Shown: piece by piece, positions 52,460-61,363 of the stretch
Layout of the letters: every line of letters starts with the position of its first letter
Numbering within the stretch: the first letter of the stretch is position 1
From: an uncultured Chloroflexia bacterium
GTDB lineage: Bacteria; Chloroflexota; Limnocylindria; Limnocylindrales; CSP1-4
NCBI GenBank assembly: GCA_963835335.1
Contig: CAWIFB010000006.1
Span: 72,084-136,083, forward strand
Direction: 5' to 3'
DNA length: 64,000 nucleotides
Notes under the pieces: model-generated
What the model was told of the DNA's origin: nothing
The model's database searches: none
The model's input: the letters and a program-made list of their open reading frames with translations, nothing else
Position numbers and translations under genes: made by a program

Positions 52460-53787
52460 CGGGTGGACCCCGAGCCGACCGCCGGCCTCCAGGCCTGACC
52501 GCCCGGGAACGCATACCGCTCCAGCGATTCCGGCCGCATCGTGATGCTGTAACCCGGCGCCATCGGTGCGACGTATCGACCATCGCGGACGATCGCGGGT
52601 GTCAGGAAATGCTCGTGCAGGTGATCGACGTACTCCACGACCCGTTCCTCGAGGGATCCGCTGACCGCGACGTAGTCGAAGATCGCGAGGTGCTGGACGT
52701 ACTCGCACAGCCCGACCCCGCCCGCGTGCGGGCACACGGGCACGCCGAACTTCGCGGCGAGCAACAGGACGGCAAGCACCTCGTTGACCCCTCCGAGACG
52801 GCAGCTGTCGATCTGGCAGAACCCGATCGCGTCGGCCTGCAGGAACTGCTTGAACATCACCCGGTTGTGCGCGTGCTCGCCGGTGGCGACGCGGATGCCC
52901 AGCGGCTCGAGCGCGCGAGCGATCCGGGCGTGTCCCAGGATGTCGTCGGGGCTGGTCGGCTCCTCGATCCACAGCGGCCGTGCCGGCGCAAGCGCCTGCA
53001 TCCACTCGATCGCCTGGTCCACGTCCCAGGCCTGATTGGCGTCGACCATCAGGATCCGGTCCTCGCCGATCTCCTCGCGGACGATCGCGATCCGGCGCAT
53101 GTCCGCGGCCAGGTCCAGGCCGACCTTGATCTTGAAGTGGCGCCAGCCGGCGGCGACGCCCGCGCGACACAGGCGGCGGACCTTGTCGTCCGGATACCCG
53201 AGCCAGCCGGTCGAGGTCGTGTACGCGGGATAGCCGTTCGCGCGCATCTCGGCCTCGCGCGCGGCGCGCGCGGGTACCTGCTCACGGAGGATCCGCAGCG
53301 CTTCATCGGGCGTCAGCGCGTCGGTGATGTAGCGGAACGGGATGACCCGGACGAGCGCCTCGGGCGACATGTCGACCAGCAGCTTCCACAGCGGCTTGCC
53401 CTCGACCTTCGCGTACAGATCCCAGATCGCGTTGACGATCGCGGCGGTGGCGAGGTGGATGACGCCCTTCTCGGGGCCGACCCAGCGGAGCTGGCCGTCG
53501 CCGACCAGCTCGTACCAGAAGCCCGAGAAGTCGTCGACGATCGACTCCAGCGTCCGTCCGACGATCACCGGACGAAGCGCGTCGACGGCGGCGACGCACA
53601 GCTCGTTGCCGCGGCCGGTGGTGAACGCGATGCCGTGGCCCTCGATCCCGTCTGATCCGGACGTCGTGAGGGTCACGTACGTGGCCGAATAGTCGGGCCG
53701 TTCGTTCATCGCGTCCGACCCGTCGAGCGAGTCGGACGTCGGGAACCGGATGTCGAGCGCGACGACCTCGGTGATGGTGATGGGCAC
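52456..53787 (-). CDS. fucD: L-fuconate dehydratase (enolase superfamily)
   Basis: Near-colinear resemblance to characterised FucD. DIRFPTSDSLDGSDAMNERPDYSATYV, FKIKVG, MVDANQAWD, WIEEPTSPDDILGHA, ATGEH, CPHAGGVGLCEYVQHL. Confidence 0.9.
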   Translation of the reverse strand: MPITITEVVALDIRFPTSDSLDGSDAMNERPDYSATYVTLTTSGSDGIEGHGIAFTTGRGNELCVAAVDALRPVIVGRTLESIVDDFSGFWYELVGDGQLRWVGPEKGVIHLATAAIVNAIWDLYAKVEGKPLWKLLVDMSPEALVRVIPFRYITDALTPDEALRILREQVPARAAREAEMRANGYPAYTTSTGWLGYPDDKVRRLCRAGVAAGWRHFKIKVGLDLAADMRRIAIVREEIGEDRILMVDANQAWDVDQAIEWMQALAPARPLWIEEPTSPDDILGHARIARALEPLGIRVATGEHAHNRVMFKQFLQADAIGFCQIDSCRLGGVNEVLAVLLLAAKFGVPVCPHAGGVGLCEYVQHLAIFDYVAVSGSLEERVVEYVDHLHEHFLTPAIVRDGRYVAPMAPGYSITMRPESLERYAFPGGQAWRPAVGSGSTR

Positions 53788-53870
53788 GGTTGGTGGACTC
53801 CGGGCTCGAATGGGCGAGTGGATCGGGGTGCCCGAGGGAGGAGATCTCGGGCACCCCGTGTGCTCACGGG

Positions 53871-54857
53871 TTACTTGAACTGGGCAGCGTTGTCCTTGGT
53901 CACCATCTCGGTGCCCGTGTCGACGTTGGCCTCGACGCTCTCGCCCTTGGCCGCCTTGTAGGCGGTCTCGATCCCGAGCGAACCCATCTTCGCGGGGAAC
54001 TGGGCGACCGAGCCTGCCTCCTCGCCGGCGATGATCGCGTCGATCTCACCGGGTGACGCGTCGAACCCGACGACCACGATCTTGCCCGCGGCGATGCTCG
54101 CGTTCTTGATCGCCGTCAGGGCACCCAGCGCGGGCGGACCGCAGGCGGAGTAGATCGCGCTGAGGTCGGGATTGGCGGTCAGGATGTCGGTGGCGGCATC
54201 CAGACCCTTGGTCTGGTCACAGTCGGTGGCCGGGCTTCCGCCGACGACGGTCGCCGCGTCGCCCAGCGTGTCGAGCATGCCGGTGACCCGATCCTCGAGG
54301 GACGGATTTCCGAGCCGGCCCTTCAGGACGGCCAGCGTGGCCCCGGCCGGGAGGTTGTCCTTGAGCCACGTCCCGGCGAGCTTGCCGCCGGCGAGGTTGT
54401 CCGTCGCCACGACCGAGGACTTGCCCGACCAGTCCGGGATGTCGTTGTCGATGAGGACGACCTTGATCCCCGCGGCCGTCGCCTTGTCCAGCGCCGTCTG
54501 CACGTTCGGGCTGGTCGGAGTGATGGCGATCGCGTTCACGCCCTGGGTGATCATCGACTCGATGGCCGCGATCTCACCCTCGTCGTCCGTGCCGCTCTTG
54601 CCCTGTGCGAACACCACCTCGACGTCGGCGTGGTCGGCAGCCCAGGCCTTGGCCGCGTCGACCATGATGTCGTAGAAGTCGACCGGGAACTTTGTGATGA
54701 ACCCGATCTTGACCTTGTCGGCTGCGGCGCTCGATGCCGCCTCGCTGGACGCCGCCGCGCTCGACGCCGCGCTCGGCGCGGTGCTCGGACCTGCGCTCGA
54801 GCAGGCGCCCACGATCAGGGCGATGGCGATCAGCAGGCCGCCGGTTCTCCTTAGCAT
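53871..54857 (-). CDS. Sugar ABC transporter substrate-binding lipoprotein (RbsB/PBP1-type)
   Basis: AAGGAGAGGG RBS. Lipobox LIVGACSS. KIGFITKFPVDFY...GVNAIAITP...VVLIDNDIP. Confidence 0.9.
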   Translation of the reverse strand: MLRRTGGLLIAIALIVGACSSAGPSTAPSAASSAAASSEAASSAAADKVKIGFITKFPVDFYDIMVDAAKAWAADHADVEVVFAQGKSGTDDEGEIAAIESMITQGVNAIAITPTSPNVQTALDKATAAGIKVVLIDNDIPDWSGKSSVVATDNLAGGKLAGTWLKDNLPAGATLAVLKGRLGNPSLEDRVTGMLDTLGDAATVVGGSPATDCDQTKGLDAATDILTANPDLSAIYSACGPPALGALTAIKNASIAAGKIVVVGFDASPGEIDAIIAGEEAGSVAQFPAKMGSLGIETAYKAAKGESVEANVDTGTEMVTKDNAAQFK

Positions 54858-54944
54858 GTCCCTCTCCTTGTACGGCGGAGACCGATGGGATCGGTCGTTG
54901 GGGGTCCGGCGACGATGGGTCGCTCGGCAGCAGGACTCATCGAC

Positions 54945-55727
54945 TCAACCTTCACCTCCGACGATCAGCGACACGATCCGCTGCTGGTTCTCGCGGGTCG
55001 GGATCTCCTCGCCGACCTTGCGGCCGCGTCGCAGGACGACGGCTCGATCGGCGATGTCGATGACGTGGTCGAGGGCGTGCGAGATGACGATCACCGCGTG
55101 ACCCCGCTCGCGCAGCCGGCTGATCAGGTCCAGGACGTGGCGCGACTCACGGAGGCCCAGGGCGGCCGTGGGCTCGTCGAGGATGACCACGTTCGAGGCG
55201 AACGCCGCCGCGCGGGCGACGGCCACGGCCTGGCGCTGACCGCCGGATAGCAGGCCGACCTGGCTGGACATGTCGGGCAACCCGACCTCGAGCCGGTCGA
55301 GCAGCTCGGCGGTACGGTCTGCCATCCCCTTGCGGTCGAGCACCCGCAGCCAGGACGGCAGCCAGCGCGGTCCGGCGGCCTCGCGGCCGGCGTAGAAGTT
55401 CGCGGCAGGCCCGAGGTTGTCGAACAGGGCCAGGTCCTGGTAGACCGTCTCGATGCCGAGGTCGCGTGCCTGCGCCGGGGAATGGATCGCGGCCGGCCGG
55501 CCGTCCATCTCGATGACTCCGCCATCAAGCTGGTGGACGCCGCTGATGCACTTGATGAGGGTGGACTTGCCCGCGCCGTTGTCGCCGAGGATGGCAACGA
55601 TCTGGCCGCGATGGGCCTCGAGGTCCACCCCGTCGAGCGCGAGCACCGCGCCGAACCGCTTGGTGGCACCGCGGACCGCGAGGGCGGGGACGGTCGTCGC
55701 GGAGGTGGCGGTCGTCGCGGTGGTCAT
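54945..55727 (-). CDS. Sugar ABC transporter ATP-binding protein (single cassette)
   Basis: ATG 55727 overlaps the permease stop (ATGA). Walker A GDNGAGKST, signature LSGGQRQ, Walker B VVILDEPT. Confidence 0.9.
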   Translation of the reverse strand: MTTATTATSATTVPALAVRGATKRFGAVLALDGVDLEAHRGQIVAILGDNGAGKSTLIKCISGVHQLDGGVIEMDGRPAAIHSPAQARDLGIETVYQDLALFDNLGPAANFYAGREAAGPRWLPSWLRVLDRKGMADRTAELLDRLEVGLPDMSSQVGLLSGGQRQAVAVARAAAFASNVVILDEPTAALGLRESRHVLDLISRLRERGHAVIVISHALDHVIDIADRAVVLRRGRKVGEEIPTRENQQRIVSLIVGGEG

Positions 55728-56875
55728 GGCCGGGGAGCCCCGAAGACCCGGAAGCGATCCTCCAGGTAGCCGCGCAGGACATCCGCCTCGACCGCGAGCA
55801 CGATGACGACGCCGATCACGATGAGCTGGAAGAACGCGTCGACCGCGAGCAGGTTCATCCCGTTGCGGATGACCCCGATCATCAGCGCTCCGACCAGCGC
55901 ATTGAGGACGTTGCCGCGACCACCGAGGAAGCTCGCGCCGCCGATCATCACCGCGGCGATCGAATCCAGCTCGGCAAGCTCCCCGAACGTCGGTGATCCG
56001 GCGTCGAGCCGGCCGGCGGTGATGATCCCCGCGACCCCGGCCATCAGGCCGCTCAGGACGTAGACCGAGATGAGCACCTTGTTGACCGGGATGCCCGTCC
56101 GCCGGGCGGCCTCGGGGTTGCCGCCCACGGCGTAGATCCAGCGGCCCCAGACGATCCGCGTCGTGAGCACGAACACGACGAACGCAATGCCCAGGACCAG
56201 GATCGCCGAGACCGGGAACCAGTCGACCGAGCCGCCACCGATCGAATCGACCACGGGCGGCATGCCGCGGATCGGCTGCCCGCCCGACAGCCACAGGGCG
56301 ATGCCGCGCGCGATGCTCAGCATCGCCAGCGTGATGATGAACGGATGGGGCAGGCGGCCCTTCACGTACACGATGCCGTTGACGGTCCCGACGAGCAGCC
56401 CGGTCGCCAGCATGGCGGCGACGACCACGGGGCCCGACGCCACGCTGCTGTAGACGAGCGCCCCGACGACCGACGCGAGCGCGAGCGTCGACCCGACGGA
56501 CAGGTCGATCCCGCGGGTCAGGATCACCAGGAGCTGTCCAAGTGACAGGACCGCGATCGCCGCCGTCGCGGCCATGACGTTGCCGAGGTTGCGCGTGGTG
56601 AAGAAGAACGGCGACAGGATCGACAGGGCGACGGTCAGCGCGAGGAGGATCAGGAGCGGTCCGATGCGCAGCACGGCGAGACCGAGTCGCACCTCGCGAT
56701 GGCCGTCCCGGCGGCCGCGACCGGCCGCCTCCGGCGCATGCTCCGCGGGCGCGACGGTCACGCCGGATCCGCTCGGCGCACCGGTCGACTGCTCCAACAG
56801 GTTCCTCCGCTCGTTGACTGAATAGTCGGGTGTCTGTGGGCGACTGTCGGGTTTCGAGTGGTTCTTTCCGACCAT
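55724..56875 (-). CDS. Sugar ABC transporter permease (RbsC/BPD_transp_2-type)
   Basis: ATG 56875 lies 4 nt after GGAGG (alternative start 56890). LILTRGIDLSVGS...AVGGNPEAARRTGIPV. Confidence 0.85.
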   Translation of the reverse strand: MVGKNHSKPDSRPQTPDYSVNERRNLLEQSTGAPSGSGVTVAPAEHAPEAAGRGRRDGHREVRLGLAVLRIGPLLILLALTVALSILSPFFFTTRNLGNVMAATAAIAVLSLGQLLVILTRGIDLSVGSTLALASVVGALVYSSVASGPVVVAAMLATGLLVGTVNGIVYVKGRLPHPFIITLAMLSIARGIALWLSGGQPIRGMPPVVDSIGGGSVDWFPVSAILVLGIAFVVFVLTTRIVWGRWIYAVGGNPEAARRTGIPVNKVLISVYVLSGLMAGVAGIITAGRLDAGSPTFGELAELDSIAAVMIGGASFLGGRGNVLNALVGALMIGVIRNGMNLLAVDAFFQLIVIGVVIVLAVEADVLRGYLEDRFRVFGAPRP

Positions 56876-56990
56876 AACGCCTCCATACATAGGATGTCTA
56901 GTGGTATTCTGGCGATCGTCGACTCGCGGTATCTTCGGAGCTGCGTCAACCGAGCCACGTCACCCGACGCCACCCGCTGAGGTCACGCCC

Positions 56991-57746
56991 ATGGCTGCGC
57001 CGCTCACCGAAGCCGCGATTGCCAAGATGCGCGAGATGATCGCCAGGGGAGAGCTGGAGCCCGGCGCCCGGCTCCCGCCGGAGGCCGATCTTGCGCACCT
57101 TCTCGGCGCGTCCCGCAACACCGTCCGCGAGGCCGTTCGGGCCCTCGTGACGGTCCACGTGCTGGACGTCCGCCGCGGCGACGGGACCTACGTGACCAGC
57201 CTTCGCCCGGAGCTCCTGCTCGAGGGGTTCGGCGCCGCGGTCGACCTGATGCAGGAGGGGTTCTCGCTCGAGTTGATCGCGGTCCGGCGCATCCTGGAGC
57301 CGGCCGCGACGGCGCTGGCGGCGGAGCGGATCGACGACGAGGCGCTGGCGATGCTCGGCGGCTACCTGCAGCGGATGCGGGACGCAGCCTCCGAGGCGGA
57401 ACGGATCGAGCACGACGCAGCGTTCCACCGGCTCATCGCCGCGCGGTCCGGCAACGAGACCCTGGCCTCCATGCTGAGCGCCGTCTCGAGCCGGACGCTT
57501 CGGGTCCGGGCCTGGCGCGGTGTGGCCGAGGAAGGCGCCGGACCGCGCACGGTCGCCCAGCACCGGGACATCCTCGACGCCCTGATTGCCCGGGACCCGG
57601 TCCGCGCCTCATCGGCGGCGCTGGTCCACGTGGCGACGACCGAGGCGTGGTTCCGGCAGGCCGTCGCCGATCGCCTGTCGCGCCAGGACGAGCACGTCGA
57701 GGTGGTCCCGGGGCAGCCGCCGAGGAGGGCCCGCACCCAGCGATGA
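56991..57746 (+). CDS. GntR/FadR-family transcriptional regulator (FCD domain), divergent from the transporter operon
   Basis: LPPEADLAHLLGASRNTVREAVRALVTVHVLDVRRGDGTYV plus an FCD-like C-terminal domain. Its stop overlaps the next ATG (ATGA). Confidence 0.9.
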   Translation: MAAPLTEAAIAKMREMIARGELEPGARLPPEADLAHLLGASRNTVREAVRALVTVHVLDVRRGDGTYVTSLRPELLLEGFGAAVDLMQEGFSLELIAVRRILEPAATALAAERIDDEALAMLGGYLQRMRDAASEAERIEHDAAFHRLIAARSGNETLASMLSAVSSRTLRVRAWRGVAEEGAGPRTVAQHRDILDALIARDPVRASSAALVHVATTEAWFRQAVADRLSRQDEHVEVVPGQPPRRARTQR

Positions 57747-58607
57747 GCGATCCGATCCGGATCGATGCCCACCAGCATTTCTGGGACATCGAGAGTGGCC
57801 GCTACGCCTGGCCCACGCCGGCCGACGGCGCAATCTATCGGACGTTCTACGCCGGCCGACCTGGAGCCGGAGCTGGGTCCCGCTGGGATCGATGCGACGG
57901 TGCTCGTCCAGACGGTCGCGACACTGGATGACACGGACTCGATGCTCGCGATGGCCGATCGCCACCCGTTCATCGGCGCCGTCGTCGGCTGGGTGCCGCT
58001 CGACGATGTCCGCGCCGCAGAGGCCGCGCTGGACGCCCGCCATCACCCCGCCCTGCGCGGGGTGCGGCATCTCATCCACCACGAGCCCGACCCGGAATGG
58101 CTCGTGCGCGACGCTGTCTCCGACGGCCTCGAGCTGCTGGCGCGCCGTGGCCTCAGCTTCGATGTCGTGGCCGTCTTCCCGGAGCACCTCCGGCTTGTGC
58201 CGGTCGTCGCGGATCGGCATCCCGATCTGGCCCTCGTCCTGGACCATCTGGCGAAGCCGCCGTTCCGCTCGGCCGGCTGGTCGACCTGGCACGACCAGCT
58301 TCGTCGCGCCGCGGCCCGGCCGAACGTCGTCGCCAAGCTGTCGGGCCTCGATACGGCCGCCGGGCCGGGCTGGGCCCGGGACGAGATCCGTCCGGCCGTG
58401 GAGGCGGCGGTCGAGGCGTTCGGGCCCCAGCGCCTCATGTTCGGCAGCGACTGGCCGGTGTGCCGGCTTGCGTCGTCCTACCGGGAGGTGATCGACGCGA
58501 TCGACGGGCTCGTCTCGCAGCTGACTGCGTCAGAGCGGTCCGACGTCCTGGGAGGTACCGCCGCTCGGATCTACGGCGTGCCGGACGCCCGTCCGATCGC
58601 CGGCTGA
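57743..58607 (+). pseudogene. Amidohydrolase_2-family lactonase (L-fucono-1,5-lactonase-like) with an apparent frameshift
   Basis: The N-part (frame of ORF 57647..57931) reads MSDPIRIDAHQHFWDIESGRYAWP...IYRTF. The C-part (ORF 57765..58607) reads ADLEPELGPAGIDATVLVQT...MFGSDWPV. The frames switch near 57845-57860. Confidence 0.8.
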
Positions 58608-58834
58608 CGTCGAGCAGCCCGCTCGAGCAGCGCCAGCGTGCCGGGTCTGGCAGTGTCGATCAAGGCGTGCGACCCTTCGCCAGGACGCACCCTCGCAGAC
58701 CGGAGACGCGCGATGAGCGAGCGACAGCCTGTCGGGACGACCAACCCGGACCGCTGCGGATCCGCGCCGCCGCCCGCCAAGGCCGGCCGGGCCAGGGACC
58801 GCCGGGTGACGCCGGGCATCCGGGCCGCCTGACG

Positions 58835-59518
58835 ATGGCGGGAGACGCGGCGCGCATCTTCACCGGGATCGCGGGATCGTACGACCGGGTCGCGACGGTC
58901 CTGTCGCTGGGCCAGGATCCGCGCTGGCGGCGCGCGCTGGTCGACGCGATCGACGCCAACCCGACGGACCGCGTGCTCGACGTCGCGACCGGCACCGGGA
59001 TGGTGGCGCAGGCACTCCACGACCGGTACGGCTGCGCCGTTGTCGGGCTCGACCAGAGCGCGGACATGCTGCGGATCGCGTCGCAACGCGCGGGCGTGTT
59101 CGAGGCGATCGTCGAGGGACGGGCGGAATCCCTGCCATTCGGCGACGCGGCGTTCGACCACCTCACGTTCACGTATCTCCTGCGCTACGTCGACGACCCG
59201 GCGGCGACCATGCGCGAGCTCGCGCGGGTCGTGAAGCCCGGCGGCCGGGTCGCGATGGTCGAGTTCGGCGTGCCCGGCGGCGTGTGGCGTCCGCCGTGGT
59301 GGCTGTACACGCGGATCGTCCTGCCCCTCGCGGGTCGGGCCGTCTCGGCGAGATGGTCCGCGGTCGGCGCCTTCCTGGGGCCGAGCATCGAGCGTTTCCA
59401 CGCCCGTCACCCGGCCGCGGCGATCGAACGCTACTGGCGCGAGGCCGGTCTCACCGATGTCCGCACCCGGCGGATGAGCCTCGGCGGCGGTGTCGTGATG
59501 CGTGCCACCAGGCGATGA
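58835..59518 (+). CDS. Class I SAM-dependent methyltransferase (UbiE/MenG-like)
   Basis: ATG 58835. IAGSYDRVATVLSLGQDPRWRR, VLDVATGTGMV, LRYVDDPAATMRELARVVKPGGRV. Confidence 0.85.
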   Translation: MAGDAARIFTGIAGSYDRVATVLSLGQDPRWRRALVDAIDANPTDRVLDVATGTGMVAQALHDRYGCAVVGLDQSADMLRIASQRAGVFEAIVEGRAESLPFGDAAFDHLTFTYLLRYVDDPAATMRELARVVKPGGRVAMVEFGVPGGVWRPPWWLYTRIVLPLAGRAVSARWSAVGAFLGPSIERFHARHPAAAIERYWREAGLTDVRTRRMSLGGGVVMRATRR

Positions 59519-60273
59519 GCGCGACCGGCGCCGAGCCACCGCACATGCCCGCCGGCGCACCGCTGGCCCCGGCGTTCTACGCGGCACGCAGGGGCGGCTG
59601 GCGCGACTACTGGACGCTCCTCCATCCCCCGTACACCGTGTGGCACCTCTCGTATGTGCTCCTCGGAGCGGCGATCGCGCCCGACCCGGACCCCCGGATC
59701 GTCGCGGGGGCGCTCGTCGCGTTCGGGCTCGCCGTGGGGGTCGCCGCCCACGCCTTCGACGAGCTCAAGGGCCGGCCCCTCCGAACGGGGATCCCGTCGC
59801 CGGTGCTGGTCGCGCTCGGCACGGCGGCGCTGCTGGTCGCGGTCGGGCTGGGCCTGGTCGCGTCGACCATGCTCGGAGCCGCATTCCTCGTGTTCGTGGC
59901 CGGTGGCGCGGCGATCGTCATCCTGTATGCGTTCGAGGCGCCGCTGGTGCACACGGATCTCGGCTTCGCGATCGGGTGGGGCGCCTTCCCGGTCGTCACG
60001 ACTGCCTATGCGACGGGTGCGCATCCGGGGCCGACGGCGCTCGCGGCGCTCGCGGCGCTGCTGCTGAGCCTCGCCCAGCGGCGACTGTCCACGCGCGCGC
60101 GCTCGATCCGCCGCCGGGCCGTCGGGGTGAGCGGCGAGATCACGTACGCGGACGGCTCACGAGAGCCGATCGACGCACGCACCCTCATCAGCGCGCCCGA
60201 AGCGGCGCTGTCCATCCTGTGGCTCGCGTCGTTCGCGGGCGCGCTCGCGATGCTGCTCGCCCGCTGGCTCTGA
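59515..60273 (+). CDS. Polytopic membrane protein (hypothetical), translationally coupled to the methyltransferase
   Basis: ATG 59515 overlaps the upstream stop (ATGA). About seven hydrophobic helices. HPPYTVWHLSYVLLGAAIAP, AHAFDELKGRPL. Confidence 0.6.
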   Translation: MSATGAEPPHMPAGAPLAPAFYAARRGGWRDYWTLLHPPYTVWHLSYVLLGAAIAPDPDPRIVAGALVAFGLAVGVAAHAFDELKGRPLRTGIPSPVLVALGTAALLVAVGLGLVASTMLGAAFLVFVAGGAAIVILYAFEAPLVHTDLGFAIGWGAFPVVTTAYATGAHPGPTALAALAALLLSLAQRRLSTRARSIRRRAVGVSGEITYADGSREPIDARTLISAPEAALSILWLASFAGALAMLLARWL

Positions 60274-60327
60274 CACTCACCATGACCCTGTCGGGTCCTC
60301 GTCGCCGGACACCGACGGGGTCGGGGA

Positions 60328-60819
60328 TCAGCGGCCCGCCGTCACCGCGTCGTAGGCCTGCTCGAGCTCCTGCACGTCGATCTTGGTCATCTTGAGCATG
60401 GCCTCCATCGCCCGACCGGCGGCCTCGCGATCCGGGCTCTGCAGCATCTCCGCCAGCCGGCGCGGGACGACCTGCCAGGACACGCCGAAGCGGTCCTTCA
60501 GCCAGCCGCACACGCTTGGCTCACCGCCACCGGCGATGAGGGCATCCCAGTAGCGGTCCACCTCGGCCTGGTCCGCGCAGTCGATCGAGAAGGAGATCGC
60601 CTCGCTGAACGTGAAGTCCGGACCGCCGTTGAGCGCGATGAACGTCTGACCGGCGATGGAGAACTCCACCGTGAGGACCATGTCCTTCGGACCGCTCGGC
60701 GTTTCCGCCGGGGCGCGATCCACGCTGACGATGCGGCTGTCGGGAAAGATGGTGGTGTAGAGCTTCGCGGCGGCCTCGGCGTCACCGTTGAACCACAGGC
60801 ACGGGCTGATCTTCGACAT
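60328..60819 (-). CDS. VOC-superfamily protein of the PhnB / 3-demethylubiquinone-9 3-methyltransferase-domain type
   Basis: ATG 60819. ISPCLWFNGDAEAAAKLYTTIFP...FIALNGGPDFTFSEAISF...CGWLKDRFGVSWQVVP. Confidence 0.8.
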   Translation of the reverse strand: MSKISPCLWFNGDAEAAAKLYTTIFPDSRIVSVDRAPAETPSGPKDMVLTVEFSIAGQTFIALNGGPDFTFSEAISFSIDCADQAEVDRYWDALIAGGGEPSVCGWLKDRFGVSWQVVPRRLAEMLQSPDREAAGRAMEAMLKMTKIDVQELEQAYDAVTAGR

Positions 60820-60949
60820 GGCTGGCACGGTCAACCTCCTGCTCCTGCGCATGGAACTCCGCCGGAGGGTCCCAGGTCGCTGCGTCGATCTGCGGTCGCA
60901 GACCGGGCGTGTCAGGTTACAGGGGGCTCTCAGGTCCCGGTCGGGTTGA

Positions 60950-61363
60950 CTACCCGAGCCACTTCGGCTGCGTGAGGCTGAACCAGTTCCCGGAGTCGTC
61001 CCGGAACAGCGCTTCGATCCCGTACGGTCGTTCGGCCGGTTCCTGGAGGAACGTCACGCCCTTCGCCGACAGCTCCTCGAACGTCTTCTGGCAGTCGGCC
61101 GTCTCGAACACCCCGCCGCCGAGCGAGCCCTTCGCGACGAGCGCGCGGACCGTCTCCGCATCCTCCGGGCTGAACATCGGCGGCGCGGGGTAGGCGAGGA
61201 GGATGCTCATGTCCTTCTGGTCCTTGGGGCCAACCGTGAGCCAGCGGAAGCCGTCGAGGGCGGCGTCATTGCGAAGCTCGAACCCGAGGGTCTCGGTGTA
61301 GAACGCCTTTGCGCGCTCCTGGTCGAGCACGAACACGTTCACGTGGTTGAGGCGGCTGATCAT
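60950..61363 (-). CDS. VOC / glyoxalase-family protein
   Basis: ATG 61363 overlaps the AraC stop (ATGA). LNHVNVFVLDQERAKAFYTETLGFEL...FRDDSGNWFSLTQ. Confidence 0.85.
   Translation of the reverse strand: MISRLNHVNVFVLDQERAKAFYTETLGFELRNDAALDGFRWLTVGPKDQKDMSILLAYPAPPMFSPEDAETVRALVAKGSLGGGVFETADCQKTFEELSAKGVTFLQEPAERPYGIEALFRDDSGNWFSLTQPKWLG

Noticed and set aside
56876-56990. A shared operator between the two FadR-type regulators. TAGTGGT occurs here and at 12445-12451.
   Set aside because: A single shared 7-mer without a convincing inverted repeat in this second region is within chance expectation.
12770-57860. Programmed ribosomal frameshifting as the explanation for the two-frame genes.
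   Set aside because: I see no slippery heptamer plus structure pattern common to the sites. The affected genes are unrelated housekeeping-type families that are single-frame elsewhere. At least two sites are simple G4/C4 runs.
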